A stretch of DNA of 41,783 nt from a virus. Taxonomy: Duplodnaviria; Caudoviricetes. The stretch's first letter is position 1. Every line of letters starts with the position of its first letter. This document shows, piece by piece, positions 8,308 to 14,179 of this stretch. Under the pieces are notes generated by a model. It saw nothing but the letters and a program-made list of their open reading frames with translations. It was not told the origin of the DNA and made no database searches. The stretch is from the IMG/VR virus record IMGVR_UViG_3300046805_000112, positions 1-41,783 of that record; one strand, written 5' to 3'. The translations under genes were made by a program, and so were the position numbers.

Positions 8308-8453
8308 TTTGCCTCCAGATTTTCAATCCTATTCATAAGTTCTGTAAGAATATGAATAAGAGAACGATAATCAATACTTTCTACATCATCACCATTCTCC
8401 ATATCAATATAATTGGTATAGAGAAGTTCTTGTGTAAGATTTCTTTCAGTCAT
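8304..8453 (-). CDS. Small hypothetical protein (MTERNLTQEL...)
   Basis: 49-aa ORF read manually; ATGA overlaps. Confidence 0.65.
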   Translation of the reverse strand: MTERNLTQELLYTNYIDMENGDDVESIDYRSLIHILTELMNRIENLEAK

Positions 8454-8653
8454 TTTTCCCAAGCATAAGATTTAACCAGTTCCATATCCTTTTCCAGAGT
8501 TTCTACTCTGCTTTTGAGTTCTTGATTTTCCACATACAAGTCCTCCAAGATACTTGTGAGATGATAAAAATTTACAGAACCAGTTTCATAAGGTCCTTCT
8601 TCAATCAGTTGTGAAAAGATTTCCTGCCATTTGAGTGGATTAAATTCAGTCAT
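8450..8653 (-). CDS. Hypothetical protein
   Basis: 67-aa ORF. Confidence 0.7.
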   Translation of the reverse strand: MTEFNPLKWQEIFSQLIEEGPYETGSVNFYHLTSILEDLYVENQELKSRVETLEKDMELVKSYAWEK

Positions 8654-8759
8654 TTTTATTCAGGTGTTGGAAAGTTTCTACAATAGTGCCGATAATCATA
8701 ATCAGAGCAAACACTAACACGGGAGAATATGCAAGTAAAATATAGTAAGTGTCAGTCAT
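8646..8759 (-). CDS. Small single-TM peptide (MTDTYYILLAYSPVLVFALIMIIG...)
   Basis: 37-aa ORF read manually; fills the gap. Confidence 0.55.
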   Translation of the reverse strand: MTDTYYILLAYSPVLVFALIMIIGTIVETFQHLNKND

Positions 8760-8968
8760 TCTCCTATCCTCAACTTGCGTTCTTCTGATTTTGATGGTTG
8801 ATACCAATCATCATAAGGATAGATGTATTCTGCCATCCAACCATAAGATAGTGCTTCCCAGAACTCACCATATCCCCACTTATCCCCAGCATCATAGCAA
8901 TCAAGGATATACAGGATATTACCAAATCCATCAAGGAAGTCTTCCCATTTACTTTCTCTAAGTCTCAT
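8756..8968 (-). CDS. Hypothetical acidic/aromatic protein
   Basis: 70-aa ORF. Confidence 0.7.
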   Translation of the reverse strand: MRLRESKWEDFLDGFGNILYILDCYDAGDKWGYGEFWEALSYGWMAEYIYPYDDWYQPSKSEERKLRIGE

Positions 8969-9180
8969 TTTCCCTCCAGTTCATCTAAAACACCAGCAGC
9001 ATAACCACCAAAGTCAATCTCACAACCTTCCTCACAATAACCAGGCAGAGCATCAATCAGGTAATCATCAAATCCAAGAAATACCTGAATTGCTCTGCGT
9101 TTGTCGTGTTCTGTGATTGTAGTATGAGGAGAAGCAATAACCTTGGTTACAATCTCAAAGAGTTCATCAAGGTTAGTCAT
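8965..9180 (-). CDS. Hypothetical protein
   Basis: Likely start MTNLDEL (ATGA overlap). Confidence 0.7.
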   Translation of the reverse strand: MTNLDELFEIVTKVIASPHTTITEHDKRRAIQVFLGFDDYLIDALPGYCEEGCEIDFGGYAAGVLDELEGK

Positions 9181-9371
9181 TTCTTTTCTCCCATTTGCAT
9201 ATAAACACAATCAGTAAATCGTTCCCATTCTTGTGGTGAGAAGTTATCTGATGCATAAGGAATACCAACCAGTTTAGCACAATACTTTGCAACGGGAACA
9301 GGAACAGACACAGATTGATATTCTGTTATTGGTAGATTCAGTGCAGCAGTAAGAGCAAGAGCAGTAATCAT
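9177..9371 (-). CDS. Small secreted/membrane protein
   Basis: Hydrophobic N-terminus and two Cys. Confidence 0.7.
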   Translation of the reverse strand: MITALALTAALNLPITEYQSVSVPVPVAKYCAKLVGIPYASDNFSPQEWERFTDCVYMQMGEKK

Positions 9372-9634
9372 TGTCGGATAGGAAGTTCTGGGACAGGAGG
9401 TGGGGGAGTTACAGGTTGCTGAACCACTTGGACAGGGGGAGTAACAGGTTGCTGAACCACAGGAGCAACTTCTGGTTTCTTTACTTCTAGTTGTTTTTTC
9501 AGGTCTTCAATAATTGCCTGTTGCTTTTGAGTGTTCTCTTGTTGATTATCAAACACCTTATATGCAGTCACGGAAGTCACTGCGATTGTGCTCAGTGCTG
9601 CGATTGTGGATACTATTGTGCTAAATCGACTCAT
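9368..9634 (-). CDS. Membrane-anchored Pro/Gln-rich protein
   Basis: N-terminal TM, coiled coil, duplicated VVQQPVTPP. Confidence 0.7.
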   Translation of the reverse strand: MSRFSTIVSTIAALSTIAVTSVTAYKVFDNQQENTQKQQAIIEDLKKQLEVKKPEVAPVVQQPVTPPVQVVQQPVTPPPPVPELPIRQ

Positions 9635-9822
9635 TGATAACTATCTCCAGATTGGTGGGAAAAATCAAATACTTCACTTACAGTCAGCATTACTGCATCT
9701 GTAATCGCATCTACAATTTGTTCTTCTGTTGGATTCTCAACCCGTTTGAATGCCCTTCGGTATCCAATAAGTGCTCCTTCTTCTACTGCTCGTTGAAGAA
9801 TTGCATATGTGTTTGGTTTCAT
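9631..9822 (-). CDS. Hypothetical phage protein
   Basis: 63-aa ORF. Confidence 0.75.
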   Translation of the reverse strand: MKPNTYAILQRAVEEGALIGYRRAFKRVENPTEEQIVDAITDAVMLTVSEVFDFSHQSGDSYQ

Positions 9823-10034
9823 TCAATTACCTCCCAGTGTGCGTCAGATTTATCACCAAAACGATTAGTTCCAGTGCGAGTGCTGACCCAGAAGAAGTAT
9901 TTACGATTTTCGGAAGCAAGAAACAACTCACCACCAGTATCCTGTTCCACAACACACACAGGATTACCATCCATACTGTTAGCAAGACGGTTCTTTGCCT
10001 TGCTGGATTTAGGTTTGACTGTGACTTTTTTCAT
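9819..10034 (-). CDS. Hypothetical cyanophage protein
   Basis: 71-aa ORF (VKPKSSKAKNRLANSM). Confidence 0.75.
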   Translation of the reverse strand: MKKVTVKPKSSKAKNRLANSMDGNPVCVVEQDTGGELFLASENRKYFFWVSTRTGTNRFGDKSDAHWEVIE

Positions 10035-10225
10035 TTCAGTTCCGCAATAGTTTCAACATCCCATCCTGGAATTACACTACACATCCATTCCATATGTTCG
10101 TCAAACTCAGAATCTTCCAGTTCAAGAACTCCATTAATACGTTCTCTTACTGCGAGTGCTTCTTCTTTTGTATCAAATTTTAAAAGACAAGTTTGTGTTT
10201 CTGTAACTAAAACATTGTAAGTCAT
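10031..10225 (-). CDS. Hypothetical protein
   Basis: 64-aa ORF downstream of promoter element copy 2. Confidence 0.7.
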   Translation of the reverse strand: MTYNVLVTETQTCLLKFDTKEEALAVRERINGVLELEDSEFDEHMEWMCSVIPGWDVETIAELK

Positions 10226-10239
10226 CAGTCGTTTGTGTG

Positions 10240-10305
10240 TATGAATGTATTATAGGGCGTTTAGGGGGTCTTTGGAACCCCTCTTGTGCCAGTTCTACAA
10301 GTGTT
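10240..10305 (-). promoter_or_regulatory. Repeated early-promoter element, copy 2
   Basis: AACACTT-GTAG-AACTGGCACA, 30-nt spacer with GGGGTT..GACCCC hairpin, TATAAT, CATA. Confidence 0.8.
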
Positions 10306-10630
10306 CTTCAATTACATCTGCGATTTGTTCAAAGGTGCTTCCAGTATCATTAAGTTCCGCAAGAGTACCAATTTCATCATTAACAAGAGGATTACTGTCT
10401 GCAATACCCGACCATTCTACCACAGAAGAGGGAGGAATAAAACTATGGTTTTCATAAAAATAATCATCAACTTCATTATGTTGCCATTCTACATTGTTCT
10501 CTTTAATATAAAGATCACAAAGAACACCTAGGCAACAGAATCTATCTTCTGTGCGAAGACGTTTTTGAGTTTGCTGGTAATCACCAGACCGAAGGGCACT
10601 AACCCATTTCTGTTTGATTTGAGGATTCAT
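10295..10630 (-). CDS. Phage protein of unknown function (CCLGV motif)
   Basis: KWVSALRSGDYQQ...FCCLGVLCDL...LAELND..TFEQIADVIE. Confidence 0.8.
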   Translation of the reverse strand: MNPQIKQKWVSALRSGDYQQTQKRLRTEDRFCCLGVLCDLYIKENNVEWQHNEVDDYFYENHSFIPPSSVVEWSGIADSNPLVNDEIGTLAELNDTGSTFEQIADVIEEHL

Positions 10631-10646
10631 AAAAGTTTCAGGTGGT

Positions 10647-10713
10647 TATGAAGTCATTATGGGGCATCCACAGGGGGATTGGTGGGGTCTTGTGTCAGTT
10701 GTTCAGGTGTCAC
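10647..10713 (-). promoter_or_regulatory. Repeated early-promoter element, copy 3
   Basis: GACACCT-GAAC-AACTGACACA, 29-nt spacer, CATAAT, CATA. Confidence 0.7.
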
Positions 10714-10848
10714 ATCTTTTATCCTCAATTTTGACAAATACTGACTACAAGAAACCCAAATATGAGTACTCACAGGAATATATCCAAGTTCTTTATATTT
10801 GGTTTGCCAATATTCAAATTTTTCCCAATTAACGGAACTCAATATCAC
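10657..10848 (-). CDS. Hypothetical protein whose C-terminus reads through promoter copy 3
   Basis: 63-aa ORF; its stop lies in the -10 box. Confidence 0.55.
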   Translation of the reverse strand: MILSSVNWEKFEYWQTKYKELGYIPVSTHIWVSCSQYLSKLRIKDVTPEQLTQDPTNPPVDAP

Positions 10849-10854
10849 GAAATC

Positions 10855-11427
10855 TCATTTTACTGTACCGTGTAGAGGACAATCACCATTCACCCACTTT
10901 TTATGATTGGGCATCTCTTGGTTATCAAGGATGGGGCACTTACAACCCTCTGCATATGCTTCGTCTGAACCAGGAACTAAATCACCCCAAGACTTATATT
11001 GCTCTGGAAGAACTTCATCATCCTTCCCATACAGTTCAGGAAGAACCTCAGCAAGTTTTGCTTTCAACTCACGAATTTCTGCTTCCAGTTTCTTGATTTC
11101 TTCGTCTTGTTGCTTATCATACTCCCCAATCTTTTTGTGATAATCTTCTGCAAGAATGAGTTCATACTCATCAGCAATCTTCTTCATATCCTTTTCATTA
11201 TTACTGTCGTTGAAAGCAGTACGACAAGCAGCATCCATAATGCTATACTCAGCAAATCCAATAGCACGAAGAAATCCCTTGAAGAGTTCAAAATGCTGCC
11301 ACACATTCAAGTCATGTGCTGGTGCTTCAATCGTGATGGTTTGCTTATCTACGATTTCAGGAAAATACTTGTTGTTAGATGTTTCGGTGTCGTTGATGTA
11401 GGATAACCGAACGGTTGCGTTATACAT
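10855..11427 (-). CDS. Hypothetical protein with a C-terminal Cys/His (putative Zn-binding) module
   Basis: PGSDEAYAEGCKCPILDN...DCPLHG. Confidence 0.75.
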   Translation of the reverse strand: MYNATVRLSYINDTETSNNKYFPEIVDKQTITIEAPAHDLNVWQHFELFKGFLRAIGFAEYSIMDAACRTAFNDSNNEKDMKKIADEYELILAEDYHKKIGEYDKQQDEEIKKLEAEIRELKAKLAEVLPELYGKDDEVLPEQYKSWGDLVPGSDEAYAEGCKCPILDNQEMPNHKKWVNGDCPLHGTVK

Positions 11428-11440
11428 TTGGATTTTTGTG

Positions 11441-11506
11441 TATGTAAGTATTATAAGGCATCTGGTGGGGAATTGGAACCCCCCTGTGCCAGTTCGTTTT
11501 CTGTCC
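11441..11506 (-). promoter_or_regulatory. Repeated early-promoter element, copy 4
   Basis: GACAGAA-AACG-AACTGGCACA, 29-nt spacer, TATAAT, CATA. Confidence 0.8.
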
Positions 11507-11675
11507 TTTTTCGCTTGAAATACTCATTATAATACTTCTGCTTCATAGTTTGAATATACTCATACTCCTCTGGTTCATCCAAGCAATCCAAGATATAAGA
11601 AACGCCCTCTAATTCTCCAATTAGACGGGCGATAGTGACTGCTGATTGTGGATCAACGTTCCACTTAGACTTCAT
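11451..11675 (-). CDS. Hypothetical protein whose C-terminus reads through promoter copy 4
   Basis: 74-aa ORF ending ELAQGGSNSPPDAL*. Confidence 0.7.
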   Translation of the reverse strand: MKSKWNVDPQSAVTIARLIGELEGVSYILDCLDEPEEYEYIQTMKQKYYNEYFKRKRTENELAQGGSNSPPDAL

Positions 11676-11877
11676 AATATGCTGAAATTACTTTGTCGTC
11701 CCATGCACTCGGCAATTGGTGCTCTCGTGCTTTCATGTGATTTAAACCTGAAACTGGAAGTTCCATAAGTTCTGGGTCGTGCAGTACTCCATCCAACTGC
11801 TTTCTTTCGTTTTCTGTATGCGGGAATCTAAATGCTCCGCTATGCCATCCTTCTGTATTTCTGTGAGTTCTAGACAT
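11665..11877 (-). CDS. Hypothetical phage protein
   Basis: MSRTHR...RFPHTENERKQ...LPSAWDD. Confidence 0.75.
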   Translation of the reverse strand: MSRTHRNTEGWHSGAFRFPHTENERKQLDGVLHDPELMELPVSGLNHMKAREHQLPSAWDDKVISAYYEV

Positions 11878-11909
11878 AATGTTTGTGACTAAACACAATA
11901 GTAATTATA

Positions 11910-12140
11910 TCACTTTTTGAATTTTTTTTCAAGTTGCTTCGCAATTCGTAATGCATTTTTCCACATCAACCATTTCACAATTGGATTAGCAGGATTATGA
12001 AGCAACCACCATTTGGTTCTCTCATACCTCACTCTTACAATTTTTGAGACCAGTACAACAGCATATGCTACACTATCATCCGTTGCCACAAGGTAGAAGA
12101 CGAAGATAAAGATGCCAAACCAAAAGTAGTAGGAACTCAT
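11910..12140 (-). CDS. Small membrane protein
   Basis: N-terminal hydrophobic helix. Confidence 0.7.
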   Translation of the reverse strand: MSSYYFWFGIFIFVFYLVATDDSVAYAVVLVSKIVRVRYERTKWWLLHNPANPIVKWLMWKNALRIAKQLEKKFKK

Positions 12141-12313
12141 CCAAACTCCTCCCGTCTTCTTTTGTTGAGATACTCAAGAACCTCATCTTTCCACTCAATC
12201 AGTTCATTAAAGCACTTTTGATTGTGAGCACACTGACGAAGTTCTGTATCTGCCTTGAGAATACTTTCAGTAACCAGTGTCAGTGCTCGGTTACGTTTTT
12301 CTGCTTTGTCCAT
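12137..12313 (-). CDS. Hypothetical cyanophage protein (MDKAEKRNRAL...CAHNQKCFNEL)
   Basis: 58-aa ORF read manually; ATGA overlap. Confidence 0.7.
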   Translation of the reverse strand: MDKAEKRNRALTLVTESILKADTELRQCAHNQKCFNELIEWKDEVLEYLNKRRREEFG

Positions 12314-12345
12314 CAAAAAAATGTGAGTGTACTATTTAATCAAGT

Positions 12346-12612
12346 TTACAGGAATGCTTCTAGCGATGATGCTCCTGAATTCCTTTTCTTTGGTTTGGGT
12401 TTAATTACCTTGGATGCCTTGATCTGTTTGTTAATATAGGACTTGGCAGTCACAAGAGTTCCTGCTACGTGAACTTGTTCTCCGTTGTGAATAATCATAA
12501 ACTGTTTACCAAATGGAACTGCTGCCCACATTCCATCCTTAGTCACATAACCAGCAGGATTTGATGGTGTATTATTCAGCAGTCCATAGTTAGGAATGAA
12601 TGGTAGACTCAT
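12346..12612 (-). CDS. Hypothetical cyanophage protein
   Basis: 88-aa ORF (GYVTKDGMWAAVP). Confidence 0.75.
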   Translation of the reverse strand: MSLPFIPNYGLLNNTPSNPAGYVTKDGMWAAVPFGKQFMIIHNGEQVHVAGTLVTAKSYINKQIKASKVIKPKPKKRNSGASSLEAFL

Positions 12613-12752
12613 CCTACGATCACGTTCACACCAACTACCTGTGCAGATGGATTACGTGCCAGAGCAGTCCGCCGTGCATCTTGTGGGTCACGTGCTTCGA
12701 CAATTTCATAGAACACTTTACCAGCAACGTAGAGTTCGACTTTGCATTTCAT
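12609..12752 (-). CDS. Small cyanophage protein (MKCKVELYVAGKVF...ALARNPSAQVV)
   Basis: 47-aa ORF read manually; GAGG RBS, downstream of promoter copy 5. Confidence 0.75.
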   Translation of the reverse strand: MKCKVELYVAGKVFYEIVEARDPQDARRTALARNPSAQVVGVNVIVG

Positions 12753-12771
12753 TGAAGGAAACCTCTTTGGT

Positions 12772-12836
12772 TATGAGTGTATTATAGGGCATAATCGGAA
12801 AAAATCCGACTATGGTGTGCCAGTTCAGCGATTGAT
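12772..12836 (-). promoter_or_regulatory. Repeated early-promoter element, copy 5
   Basis: AACTGGCACA, 29-nt spacer with ATAGTCGGA..TCCGATTAT hairpin, TATAAT, CATA. Confidence 0.8.
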
Positions 12837-14060
12837 CGTGCTGAAGGCAACCTCACCTTGGTTGAAGATGATATCCACGACGTTCTGGACCTTCTGGGCA
12901 GTGCCCGTAGATGCCTTGTCGAAGGTCGGGCAGATGACCAGACCATAGGATTTGGTGTAGGACTCCAGAGCGCCTGCTACAAGGGCACCAGAGCGGATCC
13001 CAGCAGCGTCCTGGGGATGCAGACGCAGGGTACGACCAACGGTCTGCCCGATGCCTACGATGTCCATAGAACGCATAAAGACGACTGCCTCCAGAGCAGA
13101 GATGTTGATACCCTCGGCAAGAATAGAGTGATGAAGAACCACAAATTTCTTGTCTGCATCCTTGCCCCAATCGTTGAGAGTATCGAAGAACACCTCACGG
13201 TTGACCTTCTCACCGTCAATAAATGCACCGTGCTTAGACGTAATGTGCATCACAGAATAACCTTGTTCCTCCAGTTGTTCGGCAAAATCAGTCTCAGACA
13301 GCAGACCGATGATGTGCTTGGTTGCCTTCGCACAAATCAGAATCTTATCCACAGGATTATCCTGAATAGTCTGAAGCAGATACTCACAATCACGTTGAGC
13401 AATATCCTCACCCCTCACAGAGAGACGCATTTGAGTAGCAATCACCTTAGGGGGAATGATATAACCATTCTGCACCAGTTCAGGAGCAGGAACTTTAGCG
13501 ATGATTTGACCATAAACTTCAGTATCATTCATGCCTGCCTTACCAATTACATTGCTGTACTTGGGAGTCGCAGTAAAGAAATAGCAACGATTTGCTTCCT
13601 GTGAGAAATACTCTACGGCAGGAAAGAAGTGACGTTGAATAGAGTTGTGTGCCTCGTCAAAGTAAATCGTATCCACTTTAATCTCAGCACGTTGCAGTTG
13701 CTGCAGAGAGTTGTAGGTGGTGAAGATCAGTTTGTGACCAGGAATGGTATTCGCAAACCAGGCAATATCACTGGGTTTGGTAGAAGAATAGTGATGAGTC
13801 TCACCACTATGAACGTGCATCACAGCAGCATTCGTGATAAACTCAAGGTACTCGGCAGACAACTGCTCTGCCAGGAGGATGCGCGGGGAGACCACTACGA
13901 TGGTTTTGGGGGCATCAGATAGAAACTGATTGATAGCATCAAAGATACCCACGTTGGTCTTACCACCACCCGTAGGAAACACACAGATGCCCTTAGAATG
14001 CTGTTGCAGGGCATCCAGAGCATCTTGCTGGTGGGGACGAAGTTGAATCACGTTCTCCAT
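12825..14060 (-). CDS. Superfamily 2 DEAH-box helicase/ATPase (ResIII-like)
   Basis: Q-motif LRPHQ, Walker A PTGGGKT, DEAH, TAT, motif VI QTVGRTLR. Confidence 0.9.
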   Translation of the reverse strand: MENVIQLRPHQQDALDALQQHSKGICVFPTGGGKTNVGIFDAINQFLSDAPKTIVVVSPRILLAEQLSAEYLEFITNAAVMHVHSGETHHYSSTKPSDIAWFANTIPGHKLIFTTYNSLQQLQRAEIKVDTIYFDEAHNSIQRHFFPAVEYFSQEANRCYFFTATPKYSNVIGKAGMNDTEVYGQIIAKVPAPELVQNGYIIPPKVIATQMRLSVRGEDIAQRDCEYLLQTIQDNPVDKILICAKATKHIIGLLSETDFAEQLEEQGYSVMHITSKHGAFIDGEKVNREVFFDTLNDWGKDADKKFVVLHHSILAEGINISALEAVVFMRSMDIVGIGQTVGRTLRLHPQDAAGIRSGALVAGALESYTKSYGLVICPTFDKASTGTAQKVQNVVDIIFNQGEVAFSTINR

Positions 14061-14064
14061 TGCG

Positions 14065-14127
14065 TATGAAACTATTATAGCAGAAAACCGCCCCTGGTGC
14101 TACCCAGTGGACGGTTCTAGAAGTGTC
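14065..14127 (-). promoter_or_regulatory. Repeated early-promoter element, copy 6 (variant)
   Basis: GACACTT-CTAG-AACCGTCCAC, 27-nt spacer with CTGG..CCAG hairpin, TGCTATAAT, CATA. Confidence 0.7.
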
Positions 14128-14147
14128 TGCTCAACCCCAACAAAGGT

Positions 14148-14176
14148 ACTCTAGCAGTATTGGAGAGTTACGTCAA
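14148..14176 (-). promoter_or_regulatory. Sigma70-like promoter
   Basis: TTGACG-N17-TAGAGT with an extended -10 TG. Confidence 0.5.
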
Positions 14177-14179
14177 GTT

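Noticed and set aside
9403-9460. 33-bp-period direct repeat
   Set aside because: Simple in-frame duplication in a Pro-rich linker
10240-12836. Repeated element as a CRISPR array or integron attC array
   Set aside because: Copies are degenerate, separated by whole genes and contain -10 boxes; no cas or integrase gene and no attC RYYYAAC/GTTRRRY ends. The Cas4-like exonuclease is a core T4-like gene.
12853-13922. Long alternative-frame and antisense ORFs over the helicase
   Set aside because: Expected in GC-richer coding DNA; the helicase motifs define the real frame
12825-14060. Helicase plus MTase as a type III R-M pair
   Set aside because: The genes are about 12 kb apart, and the helicase is short with no PD-(D/E)XK nuclease domain
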